Source: a virus (lineage: Duplodnaviria > Caudoviricetes). Taken from it: a stretch of 27,892 bases of DNA. Position numbers and translations under genes: made by a program. The stretch is taken from IMG/VR virus record IMGVR_UViG_3300037479_000486, positions 1-27,892 of that record, one strand, 5' to 3'. The number at the start of each line of letters is the position of its first letter. Within the stretch, counting starts at the first letter, position 1. The notes below the pieces were generated by a model. That model ran no database searches and had not been told where the DNA came from. It saw only the letters and a program-made list of their open reading frames with translations. Of this stretch, positions 1 to 7,727 are shown in pieces.

Positions 1-781
1 GTTGCCCAGGAGACACCGCACAAAGTTCGGCCCATCCGGGCCGAAAAGGACCAGAGTCATGTTTTGTCGGGTTTTCGGGGCGGCCGTGCATTCGGGGATT
101 TGCACAGCCGGCCGCTCGAAACTTCAAAGGAAGGCGCGCGAGTCGGTGCAGACCGGGCGCTGATCTTTGGCTGGCGCGACGCGCCCGTTCCTCGAAGAGC
201 GGGTAAAAGGGCGAATCCGTTTTGAGATGGGCGAAGTTCGTCATAGTTTCCCTCCACGCTGCGTCGCGAAACAATTCCTGCCGCCCGCAACAGGCGCACC
301 ACCGCGCCAGCAACGGCACGCGCGGCCGCCACCAATGGCCCAGGAGCGCGCACATGACCCGCCGCCAGCGCCATGATGACGTTGGCGGCCGGCCCGTGCC
401 CGTGACCAACATCAAGAGCCGCAGGCGCGGTATGACGTGCGAGAGGATTTTGATTCCCACGATGGCAATAACGATGATCCCCAGGAAGACCAGAATGCCG
501 ATCCACCCGAAAGCGCGTTTGGTGTTTCGATACTGGTTAAGTTTCATTGGCTTAATTGGCGGCGCCGCTCTGTGGCGCCAGTCGCGCGCGATGCCGATGA
601 CGCCCCCGATGGTCGCGCCCACAGCCAATGCCACAGGCCAGAAGCCGCGCGCGTCACCGAGTTCACCCGCTTTGGCTATGATCCACGCGCTCGACGGCAG
701 GCAGAGCGACAGATACCCGGCAATCCATAGAACAGGATGCCGCGCGACTGAGCTGCGGTAGAATCGTCCGCGTTGATTCAT
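1..781 (-). CDS. Partial hypothetical membrane protein(s); frame is open to the window edge and may be several small genes run together
   Basis: ATG at 781 overlaps the stop of 778..984; translation MNQRGRFYRSS...WIAGYLSLCLPSSAWII...FWPVALAVGATIGGVIGIA...FGWIGILVFLGIIVIAIVGIKIL has three hydrophobic segments; absent from the ORF track because there is no stop in the window. Confidence 0.4.
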   Translation of the reverse strand, partial: MNQRGRFYRSSVARHPVLWIAGYLSLCLPSSAWIIAKAGELGDARGFWPVALAVGATIGGVIGIARDWRHRAAPPIKPMKLNQYRNTKRAFGWIGILVFLGIIVIAIVGIKILSHVIPRLRLLMLVTGTGRPPTSSWRWRRVMCALLGHWWRPRVPLLARWCACCGRQELFRDAAWRETMTNFAHLKTDSPFYPLFEERARRASQRSAPGLHRLARLPLKFRAAGCANPRMHGRPENPTKHDSGPFRPGWAELCAVSPGQ

Positions 782-997
782 GGTTCCTCGATGAGTTTGA
801 TGCCCTTGCGCGCCGCGCTCGTGAATTGCACGGCCAACTCGCGCGCCCGTTGCAGATCGGCCTCGCGCATCGCCGCCCGCAGCCCGTTCGAGAGCCGCGC
901 CGTTTGCCCCATCGCCTCCATGATCTGCATCACACGCTGGAGCGACCAATCCGGCAGCCGTTGGGCCGGGCGAGTTAGGGGCAAGGGAAGCGGGCAT
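778..997 (-). CDS. Small hypothetical helical protein; apparent +1 frameshift near the start
   Basis: ORF 778..984; the ATG at 997 joins this frame (MPASLPLTRPAQ...) if one C of a CCC run is removed. Confidence 0.5.
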
Positions 998-1003
998 GGA
1001 AAA

Positions 1004-1421
1004 TTAAACCTCCTCCCAATCGTCCTCGTAATCGTCCCAATCGTCCTCGTAATCGTAAGGCCCGACTACGGTAATGCAAATCGCTCAACGTCTTCAGCAA
1101 AGCGAGTTGCTCCGGTGTTCGCTCCTTCTCTGGGACCAGTACAATTTTCTCGGCCTCAGCTTCGATTGCCGCCAGTTCATTTTGAGCATACAACCGCTTC
1201 GAGTGCTGGGCTTTCGCGATTTGGTACTGTTGAACGGCCTTATCAGCCAGCCGCGCCGCAGTTTTCCGCAAGGCATCGACTTGTTCTGCGGTCGCGTTCG
1301 ACATCGAGAGAGCAACCTCGAAGTGACAATAGTCGTAAGAGCGCATCACCTTCACGCTCGCGTTTGCAAAGGGGTCACCCCCCAGAATCGGATTCGGAGC
1401 GGGCGGCGGCGGCACGTTCAT
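1004..1421 (-). CDS. Phage hypothetical protein (SVKVMRSYDYCHFEV motif) with acidic tail; apparent +1 frameshift at ~1061
   Basis: ATG 1421; removing one G from CGG-GCC gives ...RSRPYDYEDDWDDYEDDWEEV* ending at TAA 1004-1006. Confidence 0.55.
1014..1055. repeat. Perfect 21-bp tandem duplication (2 copies)
   Basis: tcccaatcgtcctcgtaatcg at 1014-1034 and 1035-1055; encodes DYEDDW twice on the minus strand. Confidence 0.9.
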
Positions 1422-1775
1422 GTGGCATCCCCCATGAGCGGGGAGCTTTCCGCGCCTGCCATGCCGCTTAACGGTCTCTGGCGTGGCAAACTCGAACCTC
1501 GGATGCCGCTTCCCTTCCTCATCGATGATCTCGACTTCGTGGATCTGAAACAATCCGCCCAGAGTCCAATCGCATCCTTTGCCCGAAACGAATCGGCCGA
1601 TGCACGAAAAGGCGAGATACTTCACCGTATCCTCAAGGGACATGCCAGCCGCCAGGAAGTCTTCGCCGCTTTGGACGGTGCCACACGCCGGACAAATGAA
1701 TTTCCACCGCCGAACTGGTCGCCCGAAGAGGCGGACCCCTTCGGCGTTCCATTCTTCCACAGGTAGTTTCTTCAT
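1418..1775 (-). CDS. VVA0879-like CxxC phage protein
   Basis: ATG 1775; WKFICPACGTVQS..DF, FSCIGRF, GCDWTLGGLF and FEFA motifs; as given it reads in frame into the next gene, so the 3' end is uncertain. Confidence 0.65.
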
Positions 1776-1786
1776 GGGTTTGTCCT

Positions 1787-2092
1787 TCAGGCGACAGCCG
1801 CGCCGCGCTGAAATTGTTTGAGCCAGGTCGTCGCCGCCGCGGCGTCGATCTTCACTGCCCCGCCGATCCTGGCGTGGGGCAGGCCCGCCCGTTGCCAGCG
1901 GGTGAGCGTGCGCCGGCTGACCCGCAGATGCTGGGCGAATTCGGCCCGGCTCATCCATTGCTCCCGTTCCGCCCGTTCCGCTTGTCGCACCGCACGGCGC
2001 CGCTCGATCAACGCGGCCAACGAATCCAGCGCCGCGTCGTCAAACGTCAGCGTCACCGAACCACCATCGGGCAGGAGCGCGGGGATGGTCAT
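1787..2092 (-). CDS. Excisionase-like / MerR-type helix-turn-helix protein
   Basis: WMSRAEFAQHLRVSRRTLTRWQRAGLPHARIGGAVKID is a typical Xis/HTH_17 pattern. Confidence 0.8.
   Translation of the reverse strand: MTIPALLPDGGSVTLTFDDAALDSLAALIERRRAVRQAERAEREQWMSRAEFAQHLRVSRRTLTRWQRAGLPHARIGGAVKIDAAAATTWLKQFQRGAAVA
1868..2048. repeat. Direct repeat copy 1 (181 bp, inside the xis-like gene)
   Basis: Near-identical to 5858..6032. Confidence 0.95.
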
Positions 2093-2310
2093 AGGAGATC
2101 GAACTCACGAAGATGGCGGATCAGCGAATCCTCAACGAGGGCAGCAAGCGCGGGTTCGTTCAATCCGCCAGAATCCCTTTCGACCTCTGGCCATTTGCCG
2201 CACTTGAACTGGATCCGTGTTGCGGGTTGTTGCGGGCAATCACCAGAGGAAAAGATGTCGCGGGCGATACGCTCGGCGACGAGAGTCGGGATTTGAGCGC
2301 GATCAATCAT
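2089..2310 (-). CDS. Hypothetical phage protein, 73 aa
   Basis: ATGA-coupled to the xis-like gene; ATRIQFKCGKWPEVERDSGGL motif. Confidence 0.6.
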   Translation of the reverse strand: MIDRAQIPTLVAERIARDIFSSGDCPQQPATRIQFKCGKWPEVERDSGGLNEPALAALVEDSLIRHLREFDLL

Positions 2311-2474
2311 GGAGCGTTTGCACCCTGAGCCGCTGGGCGATGCGGCGTTTGATTTCGCGGCCGATGTCCTCGCTCAACACGCCCCGTTGCGTGTCCAGCA
2401 CCGTCGCCGGCCCGCCGCACGTCCGGCCGTCCGGCAAGCAGGCAATGCACCGCGCGCCGGGGAGACCAAATCAT
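2303..2474 (-). pseudogene. Frameshifted or truncated small Cys-motif protein
   Basis: ATG 2474 coupled to the upstream stop; removing one C gives MIWSPGARCIACLPDGRTCGGPATVLDTQRG... Confidence 0.4.
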
Positions 2475-2662
2475 GCGGCCTCCCGGATGCCCAGCAATTC
2501 AGCGATCTTTTTCAAGCCGACGTGGACCGCCCGACGCTTGGCCTCGTCATCACGGATGCCGAGTTTTTCGCTGACGCGCGTTACAAGAGGCGCGTCTTTC
2601 TTGAACAGCCGCAATCGCTCGGGATCGCCAAGGCTTCGATCTTTCGGAAACGTGTCGTTCAT
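2471..2662 (-). CDS. Cro-position small regulator, probably ribbon-helix-helix-like
   Basis: First gene of the leftward early operon, directly after a TTGACA promoter; strand-helix-helix pattern ERLRLF...LVTRVSEKLGI..DEAKRRAVHVGL. Confidence 0.6.
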   Translation of the reverse strand: MNDTFPKDRSLGDPERLRLFKKDAPLVTRVSEKLGIRDDEAKRRAVHVGLKKIAELLGIREAA

Positions 2663-2665
2663 ATC

Positions 2666-2740
2666 TGTGGTTTGATTGTGGTGATTTGTTTACGGCTGTC
2701 AACAGTATTTCTTGAAGAATTTTGGGAAGCCAATCATCCT
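2666..2740. promoter_or_regulatory. Divergent promoter pair (lysis-lysogeny switch region)
   Basis: AT-rich; minus strand TTGACA (2702-2697)-16 bp-CACAAT (2680-2675); plus strand TTGAAG (2712-2717)-17 bp-CATCCT (2735-2740); TGTGGT repeated at 2666 and 2677. Confidence 0.6.
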
Positions 2741-2749
2741 CCGGGCGCA

Positions 2750-2901
2750 ATGAAATCGAAGAAAGGCGAAGTGACCAACATTCGCCCCTTTGTCGGTGAC
2801 ATGGATACGGGCTTCACGAACAATGGTGCTACGGCGATTCGCAGTATCTCTTCTTCGAGTATGGCAAGCTCACGAGCTGGCACGTCAGCGAGGGGCGCTG
2901 A
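2750..2901 (+). pseudogene. Chimeric remnant: N-terminus of a repressor-position gene joined out of frame to the C-terminus of an EQWxY-motif protein
   Basis: ATG 2750 MKSKKGEVTNIRPFVGDMD, then a start-less frame 2806-2901 YGLHEQWCYGDSQYLFFEYGKLTSWHVSEGR*. Confidence 0.5.
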
Positions 2902-2913
2902 CGGTAGGAGGAA

Positions 2914-4269
2914 TTGCACCTGAAACGCCACGCCATCACCGCCGGCAGCGTCACGGTCCCGATCTACCCGACGCCTTCGCGCGGGCGGCCCGGTTACACG
3001 GTGTGCTGGCACCTGGCCGGCCAGCGCCAGCGTAGACGGTTCAACACCCTGGGGCGCGCCCGGCTCTTCGCCCAGGCCCAGGCGGCGCGCCTTTCCCGGG
3101 GCGAGACCAACGCGCTTGGAGTCCCGCCCGCCGATCTGGCCGGTTATCTGCGCGCCGCCGAGCTGGCCAGGTCGATCGCCCGGCCGCTCGAGCTGGTCGC
3201 CGCTGAGGCCGTCGAGGTTAGCAAGCTCTTGTCCGATCATCCGCATGCCCCGTCCCTGATCGAGATGGCCCGTGATTGGTTGCGCCATCACCCCGCCCGC
3301 AGCGAACCGCGGCCGGTCAAAGAGGCGGTGGCCGCGCTGCTCGACGAACGGCGCAGTGCCGGTCGCAGTTCGGTTCATCTGGACGATCTGGAATTGCGCC
3401 TGGGCCGCTTCGCGGAGGCCTTCCAGTGCCCGATTCAATCGGTGCGCGGGGCCGACGTGGCGGATTGGTTGCGGGCGCTCAAGGGCAAACGGGGCGGGCC
3501 GCTCGGTCTGCGCTCGCGCAACAACTACTTGATGGCGGTGCGCACGCTCTTCCATTTCGCGCGCGACCGCGGCTGGATCACGGACCGGGAGGCAGCTCTG
3601 GAGGCGGTCACGCTGGCCAAAGCGCCGGCCGGCAAGATCCAGCCCTACAGCCCGGAGGAAATGACCCGGCTCCTGCGCGCGGCCGAGACGCATCGCCGCG
3701 CCGGTCTGCGGGGGTTGGTCCCGTGGCTGGTGCTACGGGCCTTTGCCGGGGTGCGCAACGCCGAGGCGCGCCGGTTGAAGTGGGCCGACGTTCATTTCGA
3801 GAGCCGATGTCTGGTGCTGGATCGTGGGATCACCAAGACGGCTGTGCGCCGGATGGTGCCGTTGCACGATGCCGCGCTGGCCTGGCTGCGGCCCTGGCGT
3901 GGTGAAAAGGGGGCGATCTACTCCGGGCACGCCAACAGCGCCCTGGCCGCGCTCTGCCGGGCCGCGCGGGTGCAGATTCGGCACAATGGACTGCGCGATT
4001 CCTTTATCAGCTACCGGTGCGCGGAGCTGGGCGAAGTGGCGCGCGTGGCCGACGAGAGCGGGAACAGCCCGCGCAAGATTGCCGAAAGCTACCGGGAACT
4101 GCGCCTGGCCGATGGCCGGGTGATCACGGCGGACCTGGCGCGCGAATGGTTCAACATCCGCCCGTTGCCCAAGGAAGACCTGTTCGACTGGTCAGTGACC
4201 CCCGACTTTTGTCACGCATCTGTCACGCACCAGCCCCCGCCCCAGGAATCCCTCGGAATTGCCCCATGA
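2914..4269 (+). CDS. int: Tyrosine recombinase / phage integrase
   Basis: FAGVRNAEARRLKWADV (catalytic R), ITKT (K), HNGLRDSFISY, SGNSP, AESYRE (Y); N-terminal AGSVTVPIY arm-binding-like region; the real start may be CTG at 2920. Confidence 0.93.
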   Translation: MHLKRHAITAGSVTVPIYPTPSRGRPGYTVCWHLAGQRQRRRFNTLGRARLFAQAQAARLSRGETNALGVPPADLAGYLRAAELARSIARPLELVAAEAVEVSKLLSDHPHAPSLIEMARDWLRHHPARSEPRPVKEAVAALLDERRSAGRSSVHLDDLELRLGRFAEAFQCPIQSVRGADVADWLRALKGKRGGPLGLRSRNNYLMAVRTLFHFARDRGWITDREAALEAVTLAKAPAGKIQPYSPEEMTRLLRAAETHRRAGLRGLVPWLVLRAFAGVRNAEARRLKWADVHFESRCLVLDRGITKTAVRRMVPLHDAALAWLRPWRGEKGAIYSGHANSALAALCRAARVQIRHNGLRDSFISYRCAELGEVARVADESGNSPRKIAESYRELRLADGRVITADLAREWFNIRPLPKEDLFDWSVTPDFCHASVTHQPPPQESLGIAP

Positions 4270-4452
4270 TCACCTGGGGCCTTTACCCGTAATCCAACTC
4301 GCTGCCTGTCGAGTTTTCTAAGGGTTTTGGCGAGTTCGAAAGGCCAGCGGAGGACTGCGGAGGACACTTTGGTGTCACGCTTTGTCGCGCAGCATCGGGG
4401 GTTTGCCCTTGAGGTTGCGATTGAGCGATGCATTCTTGCAGATATTCTTGCA
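4210..4452. other. attP-like recombination region
   Basis: TGTCACGC pair at 4210/4221 and TGTCACGC/TGTCGCGC pair at 4373/4383; GCGGAGGAC x2 (4347, 4357); ATTCTTGCA x2 (4432, 4444); lies at the 3' end of int. Confidence 0.65.
4261..4284 (+). terminator. Possible weak hairpin/terminator at the integrase stop
   Basis: GCCCCA-N8-TGGGGC followed by CTTT only. Confidence 0.25.
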
Positions 4453-4623
4453 ACTGGGCGCGCGGCACCGAAGAGCCGATCTACTGCGCCTTCGATGACG
4501 CGGCCGTGGGCGCGTTCGCGTTCTGACCAATCGGTTCTTTCAGAGGCCAGCTCCCACTGGGCCGTTTGAGTTTCATGAACCTGGTGCGCGGAGACGCTGA
4601 GCAGTCTTTTAGGTTTTCGAGGT

Positions 4624-5433
4624 TTAGTTGGGTGTCATGTTGGGGAATTGGTGGATGGTTTGGCCGTCGAGGGTGGTTCCCATTTCTGTGCGCGCGGCCG
4701 GGCTCTGCTTGAAAAAGTAGGCCACGCCAGCATCGGCGCAGACGTCGCGAAGTTTGCGCGCCCAGTCCTGCCAACCTTCGGGGGTGCGATAGCCCGGACC
4801 GCTCTCGCCCCCGAAGATGATCCAGTCGAGGGCGCGCACGTCGAGCGATGGAGAGATGTCGGCCAGGGCCGGCTCGTAACTCATGAACCGGACGCGGGCA
4901 GGGACTCGGGCGAGTTCGGCGATGCGCCAGAGGCCCTTTGGCTCGCTGACGCTGACCCCCAGCCAGACGTTGGGCCAGCCGTCTCCCCAGTCGGGGGGGA
5001 GACATTGGGCGATGCGATCGGCGCGCTTGGTGAGGAGTTGCCAGGTGAGGTTTGGGGTGTCGTGGATGAGTTGCCAGAGCCGGGGGCGCGTCTGCTCGCA
5101 CGTGGGATGGTCCTCGGCCCAGTCGCACATGCTGCCGCAGAAGACGAGATGAGGTTGACCGGGACCCCGAAGACCGACGTCTTCCGCGGCGCAATAAACG
5201 CCCCACTTGGCGGCGATTGCCCGGCAACTGAGGAGATTCCATTTTCGCGGTTCGGCCCAGTGTTTGTCGCCGAACAGGCGGCGGGTGCTGTTGGGGCCCC
5301 AAATATTCAGGCCGAGCCGTTGACGGGCGAACGTCTCGGCGTAGCAGCGGGCGCAACCAGGATCGATCTTCACGCAACCCCACCAGGGATTGAACGTGTG
5401 ATCGGTCCAGGCAATGGCGGTGCGGGTGCTCAT
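4624..5433 (-). CDS. DUF5131 (phage Gp37/Gp68) family radical-SAM-like protein
   Basis: IAWTDHTFNPWWGCVKIDPGCARCYA (Cx6Cx2C), VFCGSMCD, WQLLTKR, NVWLGVS, RFMSYEP, WIIFGGESG, YFFKQ. Confidence 0.93.
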   Translation of the reverse strand: MSTRTAIAWTDHTFNPWWGCVKIDPGCARCYAETFARQRLGLNIWGPNSTRRLFGDKHWAEPRKWNLLSCRAIAAKWGVYCAAEDVGLRGPGQPHLVFCGSMCDWAEDHPTCEQTRPRLWQLIHDTPNLTWQLLTKRADRIAQCLPPDWGDGWPNVWLGVSVSEPKGLWRIAELARVPARVRFMSYEPALADISPSLDVRALDWIIFGGESGPGYRTPEGWQDWARKLRDVCADAGVAYFFKQSPAARTEMGTTLDGQTIHQFPNMTPN

Positions 5434-5517
5434 TGGGAGAGGCTGGTTTTCCGCTGTCGCGCACGGACGCCGTTACACCAGGTGTCCGAGTATTTCGTGC
5501 CAGGCGGAGCGTAGGGG

Positions 5518-5808
5518 TTAACGTAATGTCCAGCGCGCCGCCCTAGCGTTTTGCGCGTAAACGATCTTGATTCGGTACGGCTGTATTGACCCGATCCCGA
5601 CAGAATAAGCTTTGTATTTCATAAAGTGCGACAGAATGGCTTGTTGTTTGAAGCGTTCAGGGGAGCGCCGGCCTTGTTCCCAGTCTTCGATGGTGCGGGG
5701 GCTGGTGTCGATGCCGGCCTTGGTGAGATGCGCGGCGAGGGTGGCAGTGTCCCAGCCGCGCCGGCGGCGGGCGTTCTTTAAGCGGTTGCCGAAGGCGGTT
5801 CGTTTCAT
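5518..5808 (-). CDS. XRE-family HTH regulator (probably ends at 5619 and is fused to a small downstream ORF by a +1 T)
   Basis: ATG 5808; FGNRLKNARRRRGWDTATLAAHL...SPRTIEDWEQGRRSP. Confidence 0.75.
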   Translation of the reverse strand: MKRTAFGNRLKNARRRRGWDTATLAAHLTKAGIDTSPRTIEDWEQGRRSPERFKQQAILSHFMKYKAYSVGIGSIQPYRIKIVYAQNARAARWTLR

Positions 5809-5857
5809 GGCGTCTTTGCGCAGCGGCCAACGGGCGAGGAGCTTTTTGATCTGCTCG

Positions 5858-6032
5858 CCTGGCGTTGGGGCAGGCCCGCCCGTTGCCAGCGGGTGAGCGT
5901 GCGCCGGCTGACCCGCAGATGCTGGGCGAATTCGGCCCGGCTCATCCATTGCTCCCCGTTCCGCCCGTTCCGCTTGTCGCACCGCACGGCGCCACGCGGC
6001 CAAACGAATCCAGCGCCGCGTCGTCAAACGTC
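5858..6032. repeat. Direct repeat copy 2 (175 bp; degenerate fragment of the xis-like gene)
   Basis: Matches 1868..2048 except for three 1-nt homopolymer insertions and a 9-nt deletion (gctcgatca). Confidence 0.95.
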
Positions 6033-6311
6033 GGTGAGCGCATCCGCTTGGCCAGTCGCCAGCATCCTCCTCGCAACCAAGACCCGGGCCATGAGCGCGT
6101 CCTCGTCGGCCGAGGTCAACTCCCCCTCGCCAGCAGACCCACCACCACAATAGAGGAATTCCTCCTCTGGGGTACTAGACCGGAGCGCCAGCAGGGCCGC
6201 AACGCGCTGCCGCTGCCCACGGATGTGGGCTTTTATGGTGTCGTAATCGACGACGGTAATGTCGAGCGGCATGGAAGCGCGACCGTTTTTGATTTCGATG
6301 TTGTGTGCCAT
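6024..6311 (-). CDS. Hypothetical protein; the first 14 aa resemble the N-terminus of DUF932 proteins
   Basis: MAHNIEIKNGRASM then unrelated PLDITVVDYD...; first ORF after the 6462-6491 promoter. Confidence 0.5.
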   Translation of the reverse strand: MAHNIEIKNGRASMPLDITVVDYDTIKAHIRGQRQRVAALLALRSSTPEEEFLYCGGGSAGEGELTSADEDALMARVLVARRMLATGQADALTDV

Positions 6312-6461
6312 ACGGAGTCTCAGTTTTCTGTCGTTGGCCCGTCCGTTCCCGAGTTAACGCTCGGCGCCCTGTTTTCTCTTCGGAGTCTCGCGGGGCGGGG
6401 CGGGCCATTTTGTTTTCCGCGAGAACCGTTGCCGGAGTCCTCAATCACTCTCGACGCGAAA

Positions 6462-6512
6462 AGAATACGGCACTGCCGTATGTGGGCGCAAGCAAAATCT
6501 GCGGAATTTTTT
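6462..6512 (-). promoter_or_regulatory. Sigma70-like promoter with an embedded palindromic operator
   Basis: TTGCGC (6491-6486)-18 bp-TATTCT (6467-6462), upstream A-tract; perfect inverted repeat ATACGGCA-c-TGCCGTAT at 6465-6481. Confidence 0.7.
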
Positions 6513-6541
6513 GGGCCGGGAAGCGGTTGAGGAGTCGTGCT

Positions 6542-7156
6542 TTACGCCGGGCGGTCGAGGCGAAGGCCGAAATAGCGGGCATTTTGGCCGGCCGGAAGGG
6601 CCTCCTGAATCTCGATGGGGGCGAGGCCGGCGCGGCTGGGCTGGTGGAAGAACGCGGCGAGGGCGGAATCGTAAATCCTCGGGATCAGCGAGATCGGGAC
6701 CGGGGCGCCGCCGGTGCCGCACGGGAAGCGGATCGGTTCCCCGCGCGCGGGGCGAAGGCGGCTCAAGCCCAGTACGTCGTGGACGGTCTGTTCGCTGCAG
6801 CCGAGCTTGGACGAGCCGACAGTCAGGAAGATGGTTGCGGGATGATCGAGGGTCTGGAGCAGGGCGGACCAGTGTTTCCACGGGTAGCCGTAGGTGTCGA
6901 TGTCGATCACGGTCTCGGAGTAGCCGCCGGCGGCGAGGATCCGCGTGGAATCCACTTTAAGCCGGCCGCGCCGGGGCTTGAGGTCCAAGCCCCACAGGCG
7001 GACGGGGAATTCGCGCGCCAGATGGGACCAGAGGACGCCGCGGCCCTGGCAACATTCGAGGACGGTGATCGGGCGCTCCCGGGCATGGTAGCGGCGGAGA
7101 AAATGACGGCGGAGCTCGAGCTTCGAATTGAGGCGGGCGTTATCGGTCTGTTTCAT
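6542..7156 (-). CDS. SAM-dependent methyltransferase-like protein (Trm1/TcmP-like motifs)
   Basis: TDN..KLELRR, VLECCQGRGVLW (motif I-like), LWGLD, VIDIDTYGYPW (compare the Trm1 DIDPFGSP motif). Confidence 0.6.
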   Translation of the reverse strand: MKQTDNARLNSKLELRRHFLRRYHARERPITVLECCQGRGVLWSHLAREFPVRLWGLDLKPRRGRLKVDSTRILAAGGYSETVIDIDTYGYPWKHWSALLQTLDHPATIFLTVGSSKLGCSEQTVHDVLGLSRLRPARGEPIRFPCGTGGAPVPISLIPRIYDSALAAFFHQPSRAGLAPIEIQEALPAGQNARYFGLRLDRPA

Positions 7157-7727
7157 CGGCGAGGGTGGTTTCGACGATGGCCTCCGGGATGCGGGCGATG
7201 CGTTCGATGTCGGCGGCGATCTGGCCGAAGGAACCGACGGGCAGACCGATCAAGGCCCACGCCATTTTCGGCGGGGGCTTGGTCTCGTGGGGGAGGAGAC
7301 CGACAAATGCATTTTCCAGTTCCTCGATGAGGCCGGCGAGTTCGCGGTCGAGACCGGCGGTGTCGAGGTCGGCCAGAAGGGCGTCGAGCTTGGCTTCGTC
7401 GGCGCGGGCGTGTTCGGCCAGCTTGTTATCGGCGGTGAGGTCGGCCAGCTCCTCGGTCTCGCTGGCGTAGGGCTGGGTTTCGTAGGGAACAGGACCGAGA
7501 TCGTGAGCGAGGGCGGCCTGGACGGCGCCATGTCCGCGGATGATGTAGCCGCTCCGGGCGCTGATAACGACAGGGCGGCGCCAGCCGTGGGCGCGGATCA
7601 GTTTGGCGTAGAGGCGGAGTTGCTCGGGGGGATGGGTGTTCCAGTTCTTGGGGTGGGGCAGGAATTTGTGGGCAGGCTGGGTGGCCTCGTGGCGGCAGCG
7701 GATGGGGATTTGGCCTTTGCGTTTCAT
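7140..7727 (-). CDS. ParB/Srx N-terminal domain protein
   Basis: PHPKNWNTHP..QL, GWRRPVVIS, IIRGHGAVQAA, LTADNKLAE. Confidence 0.85.
   Translation of the reverse strand: MKRKGQIPIRCRHEATQPAHKFLPHPKNWNTHPPEQLRLYAKLIRAHGWRRPVVISARSGYIIRGHGAVQAALAHDLGPVPYETQPYASETEELADLTADNKLAEHARADEAKLDALLADLDTAGLDRELAGLIEELENAFVGLLPHETKPPPKMAWALIGLPVGSFGQIAADIERIARIPEAIVETTLADETDR

Noticed and set aside
975-1958. 327-aa ORF as a single protein
   Set aside because: It combines an off-frame overlap with xis, the VVA0879-like gene and a separate downstream gene; better explained as 2 genes plus indels
4255-4380. tRNA or dif site beside the integrase
   Set aside because: No cloverleaf with properly placed T-loop and acceptor stem; TTTACCCGTAA resembles only one weak half of a Xer site
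1868-6032. The repeat pair as a diversity-generating retroelement TR/VR
   Set aside because: Differences are indels, not adenine-specific substitutions, and there is no reverse transcriptase in the window
1-6311. Stop-codon reassignment explaining the fused small genes
   Set aside because: The fusions lack in-frame stops altogether, and TGA, TAA and TAG all terminate genes normally elsewhere
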